The notes below the pieces were generated by a model. That model searched no databases. It had not been told where the DNA came from and saw only the letters and a list, made by a program, of their open reading frames with translations. A program made the translations under genes and the position numbers. Shown piece by piece: positions 37,784 to 46,884 of a DNA stretch of 64,000 nt; within the stretch, counting starts at the first letter, position 1, and each line of letters starts with the position of its first letter. Source of the DNA: Candidatus Bathyarchaeota archaeon. GTDB taxonomy: Archaea; Thermoproteota; Bathyarchaeia; 40CM-2-53-6. Location: assembly GCA_963733055.1 (NCBI GenBank), contig CAVTBR010000001.1:1216001-1280000 (forward strand), read 5' to 3'.

Positions 37784-38338
37784 ATGGCTGTCTGGAACCT
37801 TGTGCTAAGCGGATACCCGGCGTCGGGGAAGTCTGTCCTAGCCAGACGGCTTGTTTCTGAAAACCCGGAATTTGTGCGCCTCAACGTAGACGATTTGAGG
37901 AAGATGTACTTCGGAGCCAGCGAACCCAAGGACGATGAGTTCGTTTACCACACAATAGCCACACTACGCGACTCAATACTTAGGAAACGGCGGAGCGTGG
38001 TGATTGACTCTACCGCCCCCCGAAACTCCACACGACATATGCTTCTTAGCACTAAAGTTTCAGGCGTCACAAGATTATTGGTCGTGATGATTGTCGGAAA
38101 GAACGAATTAGAAGTTCGAAACCGCCAACGTGGGATGGAGGGAGCCGTAGCGGCATGGGATAAGGTCTGGGAGAACCCAGTAGGACACGTGGCTATCGTG
38201 AATTTCAGAAACAACTCCCTAGCCGAATTCGAAACAAGCTACTACATTCTAACCGAGCTCCTAGCCAGTAAGGTTCATCCATTCAAACGCAAATTCCTCA
38301 AACACATCTACCCAAGAATCCTAAGGTCAACGGGTTGA
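37784..38338 (+). CDS. AAA_33-type P-loop kinase
   Basis: LSGYPASGKS, VDDLR, VVIDST, R..R lid. Confidence 0.8.
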   Translation: MAVWNLVLSGYPASGKSVLARRLVSENPEFVRLNVDDLRKMYFGASEPKDDEFVYHTIATLRDSILRKRRSVVIDSTAPRNSTRHMLLSTKVSGVTRLLVVMIVGKNELEVRNRQRGMEGAVAAWDKVWENPVGHVAIVNFRNNSLAEFETSYYILTELLASKVHPFKRKFLKHIYPRILRSTG

Positions 38339-38389
38339 CCTTGTGTGCGCGTGGAATACCTACAACTGGTTGATGCCCCAGTTTGAGCA

Positions 38390-39100
38390 TTAACCCAATT
38401 TATTTGCTTTCAGGAAAAGCGTGATGGCCGTGACGAAACTTAGAATCTTTGACGTGTCATTGAGCATTATGAACATCAAGTTGGAAGGGTATGAGAAACC
38501 GAAGAAGGCCCACACCGCGAATACAAAGAACATTCCTGCCAGCGAAAAAAGCGTGTATTTTGACACCTGAGTTAACGGCGATAATGTGAGAAGCGAGAAC
38601 GTCGAAATCTCAACGAGAAACAGGGGTAAGAAGAAGAGCAGCCGGTAAAGGGTTGGAGCAGGAGGAATCGGCGGGTATGTTCTGCTCATGACAATTAAGT
38701 CAAATGGGAGTTCAAATATCATCGGCGCCGCCGCCATGCCAACGAAGGCGCTCCCCACCGCAACCTTCACCCCGTGACTTCTACCCAGATACGCGATGAA
38801 CGTGAGCAGCCCAGAAATTTCCGTAACTGGGGTAATCGGGTTTGTAGGTGAAGTACTCAGCAAATGCTGTTGGCTTAATTGCACGGCATAGGTGACGATG
38901 GCAACGAGAAACGTTACCAAAGAAAGAATCCAGATTAGTATCAAGAAACCCCCAGCCGTCTTTCCAGGCCTCGTGATCTTGACTGGAGCAGTCAACCTCC
39001 TTCCAAGATACGTGAGCAAGACTGCAACGGCAAGAAGCATAACGGCCAAGAAGACTGCTTTACTGCCCAGGTATGGGGTCCACGTGCCGTATTGGGTCAA
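38390..39100 (-). CDS. Hypothetical multi-pass membrane protein
   Basis: ~7 TM segments, PMIFELPFDLIVM. Confidence 0.75.
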   Translation of the reverse strand: MTQYGTWTPYLGSKAVFLAVMLLAVAVLLTYLGRRLTAPVKITRPGKTAGGFLILIWILSLVTFLVAIVTYAVQLSQQHLLSTSPTNPITPVTEISGLLTFIAYLGRSHGVKVAVGSAFVGMAAAPMIFELPFDLIVMSRTYPPIPPAPTLYRLLFFLPLFLVEISTFSLLTLSPLTQVSKYTLFSLAGMFFVFAVWAFFGFSYPSNLMFIMLNDTSKILSFVTAITLFLKANKLG

Positions 39101-39334
39101 GACTCGACATCTATCCTCTCAAGCGAGGGATTCCTTTCCGTTGCTATTATGCTGACTTGCCGAAAACCCGATTGACTCATCCGACTGCACTGGCATCACT
39201 CAACGGTCTTTTGCGCAAAACAGGACTTGAACCGCAGGGTGTAGGTCATTAGCAAATGAGTGTACACACTACGGAAATCGTCTCAACATCTTATTAGCAT
39301 CCCAACCCGTTGTCGTTGATGGGTTAGTAGGGGT

Positions 39335-40165
39335 ATGCGGAGCCGTTTCATCTTATTCCTAATGCTTCTAGCACTAGTTTGCCTGGTTCTTTCACCCTCA
39401 CAGGTAGCACACGCGACCACGACCATCACGCATGACAGCTCCGGATCTAATGACTGCGGGTCCTGCTCGACCCTGTCTTGGCCTATGACTGTGGGATCAG
39501 GTGCTAACGGCATCCTTCTTGTAGGCGTATCTTTGGAAGGGAGCTCATGCCACCCATTCCCAATTTGCACCGCTAACACCGTCACATATGGTGCGTCTTC
39601 GTTAACTTTAATCGGCCGGAATTTTGAAGAAAACGCCGTGAGTGAAATATGGTTTCTTCAACCCCCTACCGCGGGTACAGCCACAGTAACGGTCACCGTG
39701 AACGGTACCGCTGATTTCATGGTGGCAGGGTCGGTTTCGTTCTTCGGCGTTTCCGGATTTCATGATTTCACTCCCGGCCAGGGCCAGAGCACGAATCCGT
39801 CAGTAACGGTGAACGCCAACATGGGAGATGTGGTGTTTGATTGCGTCGTAACATTCACGGGCGAGGGCCATTATGGCAGTCTCGTTTGGAATAACCCACA
39901 ATCCCCTCAGTGGGAAATCGGTTTGGGTGGCGAGGTTAGCCAATTTGATGGGGGAGGAAGCTACCAACCCGCCGATCCGACAGTAACCAACGGTTGGCAC
40001 GCGACCACTCCCGGAAACATAGCGGACTGGGTAGACGTGGGGCTTGCACTGAGCCCAGTGAGTGCTCCGCCGATTCCGGAATATCCGCTTGGATTACCGC
40101 TACTCGCAATCTTCCTGATCGTAGGTTACGCAGTGATTCGACGCAACACCGCGCTGAGGAACTAG
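39335..40165 (+). CDS. Secreted surface protein with PEF-CTERM-like sorting tail
   Basis: Signal peptide, Thr/Gly-rich beta domain, C-terminal PIPEYP + TM + RR. Confidence 0.75.
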   Translation: MRSRFILFLMLLALVCLVLSPSQVAHATTTITHDSSGSNDCGSCSTLSWPMTVGSGANGILLVGVSLEGSSCHPFPICTANTVTYGASSLTLIGRNFEENAVSEIWFLQPPTAGTATVTVTVNGTADFMVAGSVSFFGVSGFHDFTPGQGQSTNPSVTVNANMGDVVFDCVVTFTGEGHYGSLVWNNPQSPQWEIGLGGEVSQFDGGGSYQPADPTVTNGWHATTPGNIADWVDVGLALSPVSAPPIPEYPLGLPLLAIFLIVGYAVIRRNTALRN

Positions 40166-40270
40166 GAAAGAGAAGTTTCTGCTGGTTATTTCCTGAATAT
40201 TCGAGAGTAGATTTCGCGATTCGAGACCGAGTAGCCAATGGCTTGGTTGCGGGAGGATGCCATTTTGGGG

Positions 40271-40296
40271 ATAGTCCTTCCTGTGTGGGGGTATAG
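40271..40296 (-). repeat. Direct repeat upstream of KaiC-like paralog 2 (dispersed repeat family)
   Basis: ATAGTCCTTCCTGTGTGGGGGTATAG, 24/26 identical to 41121-41146. Confidence 0.8.
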
Positions 40297-40392
40297 AGGT
40301 GTGGTGCGTGTGAGGCAAATGATTAGTCTCTCCTCAAGCTGAAGTTGATAAGGCAGATTTCAGTAAGATTTCCCGCCGAGTCGAAATTCTAG

Positions 40393-41124
40393 TTGCGCGC
40401 CGCCCTATCGATACCGATCCTGAAGCAAATGGTTCCAGGCGGTTTCCAATACGGACAGATTCTCATGGTTGTGTATGAGCCAGACTCGATCTGGTACGAC
40501 ACATCACTGACGATTACCGCTCTAGCGTTGAAGGAAGGAACAAGAGTCGAGTACCATACTTACGAGCACATTCCGGCCGAGGTTAGGTCATCTCTTTCGA
40601 AGCTAGGAGTGGAATTAAAGAAGCTTGAAGGGGAGGACAGACTGAGAATCCATGATAGCTACACCGGCCAAACAGGATTAGGCCAATCTGAAGCACCGAC
40701 AAAAAGCAAGGTTCCGATTCAACCTCTGAAACTCTCTGACTCCAGTATAGAGTTCGCGCAACACATCAAAGCAGGAATACCTGAACGAGACAGGAGACTC
40801 CTGCACATTGATGATAATATGGGCATTCTTCTTCAGTATAACGATGAGAAAACTGTCATCAACTTCGGGCGAACTCGAATGGTGCCCTGGGTACGAGCTC
40901 GTGAGACAACATATCTCGTTTCTATTCTAAGTGGAATCGCATCGGATGCTTTCTACAAACAGATCGGGTCGTTCTTTGACGGAATAATTGACTTCAAAGG
41001 TGAAGAGAAAGAAGGTCAAATCAAGCAATACTGTAGAATTAGAAGCATACGAGGTCAATCTTGCGATTCGCGATGGAGAAGCCTGGGAGTCTTGGATAAC
41101 GGGGAAGTTACACTATCGGTATAG
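40393..41124 (+). CDS. KaiC/RAD55-like protein with substituted Walker A (paralog 2)
   Basis: IPILKQMVPGG, VVYEPDSIW, HIDDN, DGIIDF, RIRSIRG..CDSRW. Confidence 0.82.
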   Translation: MRAALSIPILKQMVPGGFQYGQILMVVYEPDSIWYDTSLTITALALKEGTRVEYHTYEHIPAEVRSSLSKLGVELKKLEGEDRLRIHDSYTGQTGLGQSEAPTKSKVPIQPLKLSDSSIEFAQHIKAGIPERDRRLLHIDDNMGILLQYNDEKTVINFGRTRMVPWVRARETTYLVSILSGIASDAFYKQIGSFFDGIIDFKGEEKEGQIKQYCRIRSIRGQSCDSRWRSLGVLDNGEVTLSV

Positions 41125-41146
41125 TCCTTCCTGTGTATGGGTATAG
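41121..41146 (-). repeat. Direct repeat overlapping the stop codon of KaiC-like paralog 2
   Basis: ATAGTCCTTCCTGTGTATGGGTATAG. Confidence 0.8.
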
Positions 41147-41228
41147 TTGTGCGTGCATCCACATAATTTCAGTGAGGCGGCGCCAAGATTCCACATATCC
41201 TTAATATTGGTGATAGTCAACTCGACGT

Positions 41229-41642
41229 TTGGCGAGAGTGTTGGACCAAACTATAGTTCATTTTGAAATTCCCGCAAACAACCCCGAGAAGCTTTCTGAG
41301 TTCTACAAGAGCCTCTTCGGGTGGAAGTTTGAGAAGATGCCGATGCCTGGAGGGGCAGGGGGGGATTATTGGACGATTGAAACCAGACCCGGAACGGCCG
41401 GTAACATGGAAGAATCAATGAAAAGACCGGGTATTAATGGCGGGATGATGAAGAAAATGATGCCGAATCACGCGGTAACAAATTATGTGATGGTAGAGTC
41501 GGTAGACGAGTTTAGCAAGAAACTGGAGAAACTCGGCGGCAAGATAATCGTTCCGAAGACGCCGATTCCAGAGATGGGAGCCTTTGCCGTCGGCCTAGAT
41601 CCGGAAGGCAACCCTGTAGGGTTATTCGAGGGCAGCCAATAA
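41229..41642 (+). CDS. VOC/glyoxalase family protein
   Basis: VHFEIPA, FY..LFGW, GINGGM, DPEGN. Confidence 0.92.
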   Translation: MARVLDQTIVHFEIPANNPEKLSEFYKSLFGWKFEKMPMPGGAGGDYWTIETRPGTAGNMEESMKRPGINGGMMKKMMPNHAVTNYVMVESVDEFSKKLEKLGGKIIVPKTPIPEMGAFAVGLDPEGNPVGLFEGSQ

Positions 41643-41804
41643 CCGATATTTCTTCAACAGCATTTCCCCCATTACACGGGGGGATCAGCCTCACCTTTTC
41701 TGTTGTAGGCATCAGAATAACTCCGCACGCCTTCTCGGTGGAGAAAGTGCCCATCTGGCCCACGTGCTTAAGTCAACTCGAATGATGGTTAGGTTGGATA
41801 TGCA

Positions 41805-42335
41805 ATGTCAGCGGAGAATAAGCAGGCTATCAAGATCAAACCCAGTCTCGTACCGTTCACCTGGAAAGGCGCATTAGTGATTCTGCTGGGCCTTGTACTC
41901 TCTGTCGGGCTGTTCATTTTCCAATCGCTGATGCCGTTCCTCTTCGGTTTCGGCTTCCTGCTGCCCTTCGTCGGCCTTGGCTTAGTTGGTTTAGGATTCT
42001 TCATGGTCACGATTGGTTTGGTCCGTAGGAACATGTATACATATCAACTGACTGACGCTGACGTAATCATTCAGAAGCAGTTTCTTGGCCGTAGCGTTCG
42101 ACGCATCCCGCTCGCTTCAATAAGTGATGTGGAAGTCTCACAAAGTTTCGTGGGACGCCTTGCGGGGTACGGCAACATTGTTCCCATATCTAAGAGCGGC
42201 TACGGCCTCGTTCGAGGTATGGAGCGAACTGAGAATATCGTTGCCGAGATGACCAACGTCCCGAACCCAGACAAGGTAGCAAACCTAATCATGACTAGAA
42301 CCTCGGCTATGACAAGACTAGCGATCAATCAGTAG
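41805..42335 (+). CDS. Bacterial PH-domain (bPH_2) membrane protein
   Basis: Two TMs then Y.LTD, I.DVEVSQSFVGRLAGYGNI. Confidence 0.8.
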   Translation: MSAENKQAIKIKPSLVPFTWKGALVILLGLVLSVGLFIFQSLMPFLFGFGFLLPFVGLGLVGLGFFMVTIGLVRRNMYTYQLTDADVIIQKQFLGRSVRRIPLASISDVEVSQSFVGRLAGYGNIVPISKSGYGLVRGMERTENIVAEMTNVPNPDKVANLIMTRTSAMTRLAINQ

Positions 42336-42503
42336 TACCACTATACGCACGTGAAGAGAAAGCTAAGTGTTGGATTAGCCACTATGAACTTCGACCCACA
42401 TGCGATGACACTTGCGGTTTTTACGGCAACCTGAAATGAAACTTCACGCGATTATTCTATTACATTTGGATTAAGTAATTTATACGAGCAGCCCAAAGCG
42501 ATC

Positions 42504-42788
42504 ATGATCTTCATGACCGCCGTCGTCGAATTTGACAGTAGAATCCACGACCTGGTTGAACAGGAAAATCAGTGCGAAGTCCTGTTCAACGACATCAAGA
42601 ATGGTAACGGAGACAACTCTCTGCGCTACCTTGCTCTCAGGGATGCCTGTAAAGAATTGAGGAAGGGGATAGTTAGAAGCGCCCTGTCGGCAGGACTAAC
42701 GAGAGAGAGCATCAACATGAAGATCAAGGAAGCAAGAACCCAACCGACACCTGCTCCCTCAAAACAGTCGAAGAAGAATCAGCAGTAG
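42504..42788 (+). CDS. Hypothetical helical protein
   Basis: 94-aa ORF with TAATTTATA TATA-like element ~25 nt upstream. Confidence 0.6.
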   Translation: MIFMTAVVEFDSRIHDLVEQENQCEVLFNDIKNGNGDNSLRYLALRDACKELRKGIVRSALSAGLTRESINMKIKEARTQPTPAPSKQSKKNQQ

Positions 42789-42842
42789 ACACTTGAGCTG
42801 AGATAGAAAAAAGGGACTGCGAACTACACTCGAGACCTAAGC

Positions 42843-43133
42843 CTATCTGGCTTTTTGAAGGCCTTTCTTAACGTCATCGACTGTCATCGCAGGATGGAAC
42901 TCCACTTTCGCACCGATACCTTGGAACAGCGGTTCAGCTAGAACAGGAATCATATCAGCGCTTGCAAAATCCACTACGAATAATGCGGTCCTCTCGCCGC
43001 CTTCTTCGTAGAAGTATACGGCTTCAGGCTTTACCTTAGCTACGTAATTCTCTAAAGCCTTGAATCCGTTCGGATCCTGAAGCATTTTATTTCCCGCTTC
43101 TGTCGGAATCTTCGCACGAATTATGAATCTCGT
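42843..43133 (-). CDS. Small ferredoxin-like fold protein (DUF3303-like) with apparent ACG start
   Basis: (M)RFIIRAKIPTEAGNKMLQDP...KPEAVYF...GERT..PVLAEPLF...AKVEFHPAMT.DD; GAGGTGA SD 6 nt before ACG 43133. Confidence 0.78.
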   Translation of the reverse strand, partial: TRFIIRAKIPTEAGNKMLQDPNGFKALENYVAKVKPEAVYFYEEGGERTALFVVDFASADMIPVLAEPLFQGIGAKVEFHPAMTVDDVKKGLQKAR

Positions 43134-43269
43134 CTTCTCTCACCTCAACCATGGTTACCAAATGTTTCTCGATAATTAGCCTTCCCTCGACGACTCGACC
43201 TACATGGATTGATGGCGATATGGGCATCGTACACACAAAGTACAAATCTAGTGGGACAGAGCCTTTCCT

Positions 43270-43980
43270 GTGTTCTTGTTGCCGAGGATGCCTATAATCG
43301 AAGACTTGACCAAGGGATCTGTTCCCCCCGGATCCAACATTCTCGTTGAATTTGACCCGGCCTCGCAGTGGCTCAACGCCGCGATAACGATCGCGGCAGG
43401 CTGGGGAAAGAGTGGGGGGAGCATAAGTTACATTGCTAACTCCCAACCGCCAGACGACATTCGTTCGCAACTTCGAAGATTGGGCCTTAATGTTGAGGAG
43501 CTCGAAGGGAACGATCGGTTATGGATTACCGACCTATACAGCGCCTCGATTGGGCAGAAATCTAAAGAAAAGTACGGCGTTGATTCGCTGAAGGCCGCGG
43601 ACCTAAGCATTTACATAGGAAGAGAGGCGATGGGTGACTCACCAGCCCCTGAGTTTCTAGTGATATCGGATAACAATTCAATTCTCGATAGATTCAACGC
43701 CGAGAAAAATTGGGTAGAACTCTACTTAACCCGACCCATTCCGATGGCAAAACCGAGACAAATCACTCAAATCATAGGGTTCATGGCCGGCATCCACAGC
43801 CCCTGGGCCTACAAGCAACTCGAAGCCGCGGTTGACGGCGTCATCGATGTCAAGATTGATGACGTAAATGGGGAACGCAAGACATTCATTGGGATCCGAA
43901 ACATGCGGAACGTTGCCTTCGATTCGAGATGGCACGCAATGAAGGCCGGAGAAAACTTCGAAATCACACTCGAGAAGTAG
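43270..43980 (+). CDS. KaiC/RAD55-like protein with substituted Walker A (paralog 3)
   Basis: PIIEDLTKG, VEFDPASQW, ISDNN, DGVIDV, RNMRN..FDSRW. Confidence 0.82.
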   Translation: MFLLPRMPIIEDLTKGSVPPGSNILVEFDPASQWLNAAITIAAGWGKSGGSISYIANSQPPDDIRSQLRRLGLNVEELEGNDRLWITDLYSASIGQKSKEKYGVDSLKAADLSIYIGREAMGDSPAPEFLVISDNNSILDRFNAEKNWVELYLTRPIPMAKPRQITQIIGFMAGIHSPWAYKQLEAAVDGVIDVKIDDVNGERKTFIGIRNMRNVAFDSRWHAMKAGENFEITLEK

Positions 43981-44042
43981 ACGATCCACCATCGCCATCG
44001 TGTGTATCCTTATGATTCAGTAGAAGTTGAACGAGGAGTTTT

Positions 44043-44777
44043 TCAGTTCTTCTTCTTGGTAGGCTCCAAACTGACCGATAGATCTTCGCCCAAACGAAGA
44101 ATGTGTTTTGACGTGTCCACAGGTGCTCCTTTGAAGGCTCGGGCGCGTAGGATGTTTTCCATTTGGCCTTCGATCTCCTCTGTTCTCAGTTCAAAGACTC
44201 CGTCGGCGCTTGTCATCACTGATGTGTACAAGGCATCAGAATGTATTCCGCGGACAAACCCATCAATTACAATTCTTCCTTTAGTTACAAACCTGGAGAT
44301 CCATGTGCGATAGAACTTTAGGAAACTCTTCTCGTCAGAGGCCTCTACGACCTCGGAAACGTTGTCAAAAAGCCTAACGGTACCCGGCGTCCACTGGTCG
44401 AGAGACTTATTCGAGATTAGGCTAATGTCGGCTATGTTGAGGGACGGGAAGTGGTATTTTTCAGTGGATTGGCGCCCAGTTTTGAAGGTGAACGCGTCCG
44501 AGAGGACCAACCGCTCATCGGTCTCGAAAGCAGTAGCATCTAGACCTCTTGTTCGAAAATTCTCACGAATATCTGTTAATGGTCTTGAGGTGGATATGTA
44601 GAGCACCTCAGTTCCTTTACGAAGCATTTCGACTACCATATTCAAAATGAGCATCAACCATTGTGAATCCGCATCAAACAAGACCACAATCACCTGTCCA
44701 GCTTTCACAGGGCGGCGCAGCAGTTGTCCGATGACGGGCATTTCAACTAGCACCGTACTCTCAGCCTTGACTGTCAA
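44043..44777 (-). CDS. KaiC/RAD55-like protein with substituted Walker A (paralog 4)
   Basis: PVIGQLL, VLFDADSQW, LFDNV, DGVFEL, RARAFKG..VDT. Confidence 0.8.
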   Translation of the reverse strand: MTVKAESTVLVEMPVIGQLLRRPVKAGQVIVVLFDADSQWLMLILNMVVEMLRKGTEVLYISTSRPLTDIRENFRTRGLDATAFETDERLVLSDAFTFKTGRQSTEKYHFPSLNIADISLISNKSLDQWTPGTVRLFDNVSEVVEASDEKSFLKFYRTWISRFVTKGRIVIDGFVRGIHSDALYTSVMTSADGVFELRTEEIEGQMENILRARAFKGAPVDTSKHILRLGEDLSVSLEPTKKKN

Positions 44778-44811
44778 AGAAGCTCAACTACCTCGTAAGT
44801 CTGGCATTATT

Positions 44812-45618
44812 TTATTTGGCTAGTGGGGTGTATTGAGTAGAAGGTTTCGCTTTCGAATTTCCTAGAGACTCAGGGCTGTTATAGAGGAAGATCTTGCCAG
44901 CGATTGTCTCTCCTATCTTCGTAGCGTGGCTAGCGGATGGTACGTTGGATTCGGCAATCTCGTTGATCAGCGTGCGGACGTGCCTTGATTTCAGATAGAT
45001 GAGTCTTGCTTGGAAATTGTCTTTCATTACTCCCATTCTTCTGAATTGAGGCTCCACGTAGAGGCCGTGTGACCTTGCTATTTCGCCGACGATGGTCATC
45101 CACGCGATGCCCACGATTCTGTTTGCTATTCTGACTACGAAGCACTTGTCTCCGTTCTTGAGGGCGACTCCGACCCAGCGCCTGTTTGTTTCGGGTTGTG
45201 TAGACGCCATGAAGCGTTCTATTTCTTTCGCATCGTTGGCTATGCTCACATGATGTTTGAATCTGTGGTCTAAGGAAGCCCTGTCGACGTCCAACTGCCA
45301 GATGTTCCAAGCTTCCTTGGGGTGCTCTTCTACCCCGAGCTCTGAGAATATGTAACTGGAAGGCTTCAGCGTGTAGAACTGGTCGAATGCTTCCCTGGAT
45401 CTCGTGAAGATGGTACCTGTAGCCTCGTAGTTATCGTAAATGAACAGGCCATTCTTATCTCCCGCGGAGTTCTGAGAGATGAAAACTTCGCCTCCTGCTT
45501 CAAGAGCCTCTTTGGCCTCGTGACGGAGGATTGGGTCAAAGAACGACAGCCCTTTTGGCAAGCTACTGAGCTGCTCACCTAAGCTCTCTATCTTTGATAC
45601 CTGAACGATACTGGTCAT
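44812..45618 (-). CDS. GNAT-family acetyltransferase with N-terminal extension
   Basis: C-terminal LYVEPQFRRMGV acetyl-CoA motif and N.PS. Confidence 0.8.
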   Translation of the reverse strand: MTSIVQVSKIESLGEQLSSLPKGLSFFDPILRHEAKEALEAGGEVFISQNSAGDKNGLFIYDNYEATGTIFTRSREAFDQFYTLKPSSYIFSELGVEEHPKEAWNIWQLDVDRASLDHRFKHHVSIANDAKEIERFMASTQPETNRRWVGVALKNGDKCFVVRIANRIVGIAWMTIVGEIARSHGLYVEPQFRRMGVMKDNFQARLIYLKSRHVRTLINEIAESNVPSASHATKIGETIAGKIFLYNSPESLGNSKAKPSTQYTPLAK

Positions 45619-45631
45619 GAGCCTGTCGCCG

Positions 45632-46861
45632 CTACCAATCCAAGATCGTGAAGTTCTTGGTCAGGCTCTCTTCTCCGAGTATATTGCCTATGACAAGTTC
45701 AAGGCTGTTAGTGCTGCGATGAAGGTCGACAACCTCGTCGTCCTTCAGGGCATCCATAAGGATGTATTCGAACTGGGTCTTGCGGTCAGTAATGTGGCCG
45801 AACCTCCTAGTTCGTTCCCTTTCTATCTGCTCATAGGCATACATGAATTCGTACAGGGTTCTGTATATCTGATGTTCCATGTTCTCTTCGACGTTGAATT
45901 CGAGATTAGCCCTATCGTTCCCGCCGATCGTTATTGTTTGGAGTCCTTCCAAGTCCGCCCAAAAGATGGTGCCGTCGGGCGCCAACACTGCGTCCTTGTC
46001 GAGCCAAACGTCGTAGAAATCCAATCCACTGTACGTACCGTTGCCGTTGTCGCTCATCGATCTAACGAACAGGGTGAGGACTGCGATTCCACTCTTCACG
46101 AAGTTCTTCAAGAAATCCATTGCCTTGTCGTTGTTGTCTATGTTGAAGAAGTCGAAGAGCTCCCCCGTGTCGTCCCCGATAGTCCAATCCGAGTGGAAAT
46201 AGATTCTGATATTGGAAGGGATCAGCCTTGTTTCCTGAACCATCTCTTGCCTGAACCTCCTATACCAGTACACTTGGGTGACTTCGTCTTGGAGTGCCCT
46301 TGGCAACTTGACGATCTTCACCAAGGGGGCGATCCTGAACCCATGAATGGATGTGGTGCTGGCGTCTGACTTTTCGGTTGCTTTCATTGCAATGGACGCG
46401 AATTCAAGTCCCTGGGATCCATAGGGACATCCTCTTGACCATAGCTCACCGGTAAGATACCTTGGAAATTCCATCTCCTCGGCGTTCATGATCCTGCCCC
46501 TTAGGGCGCTGTTCTTGAGAAGGCTGCAGATCTCCGCCTTCTTGAAGAGTTGGCGGCTGAATGGGCTGGTTGTTGATCCTATTCCTTTGACGGAGAAGTA
46601 GAAATCGACGTCGTCGATGGTCACGTAGGGGTCCCTGCTTACGGCACTCCTGTTGTCGTCGATCAGGAGTTCCTTGCTTCCTACAGGATCCGTCACAGTG
46701 AATGGTTTCACGGTATCAGGGATGTATATCCTCTCGAATTCTGGCATTTCGAAACTTTTGAAGTACTTGTTAGTTATCGTCCCTGCTCCGTCGTATGCAC
46801 TTAGATTGATGGGCACTCCTCTGAGCTTGATGCGGCCGGGTTTGGCAATCTCTACGGTCAA
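45632..46861 (-). CDS. Uncharacterised protein with SelO/protein-kinase-like motifs
   Basis: SVKGIGSTTSPFSR and LDKDAVLAPDGTIFWADLE; likely TTG start 46861 (avoids 73-nt overlap). Confidence 0.6.
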   Translation of the reverse strand: MTVEIAKPGRIKLRGVPINLSAYDGAGTITNKYFKSFEMPEFERIYIPDTVKPFTVTDPVGSKELLIDDNRSAVSRDPYVTIDDVDFYFSVKGIGSTTSPFSRQLFKKAEICSLLKNSALRGRIMNAEEMEFPRYLTGELWSRGCPYGSQGLEFASIAMKATEKSDASTTSIHGFRIAPLVKIVKLPRALQDEVTQVYWYRRFRQEMVQETRLIPSNIRIYFHSDWTIGDDTGELFDFFNIDNNDKAMDFLKNFVKSGIAVLTLFVRSMSDNGNGTYSGLDFYDVWLDKDAVLAPDGTIFWADLEGLQTITIGGNDRANLEFNVEENMEHQIYRTLYEFMYAYEQIERERTRRFGHITDRKTQFEYILMDALKDDEVVDLHRSTNSLELVIGNILGEESLTKNFTILDW

Positions 46862-46884
46862 AGCTTCTTTCGCCCTTTCGAATG

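Noticed and set aside
31755-41165. Integron attC interpretation of the dispersed repeats
   Set aside because: No RYYYAAC/GTTRRRY ends, too short, flanking genes in mixed orientation and no intI in the window
31866-44777. Circadian kaiABC clock
   Set aside because: Single-domain proteins without the Walker A lysine; no kaiA or kaiB
45617-46369. 250-aa plus-strand ORF
   Set aside because: Antisense shadow of the kinase-like gene, with no motifs
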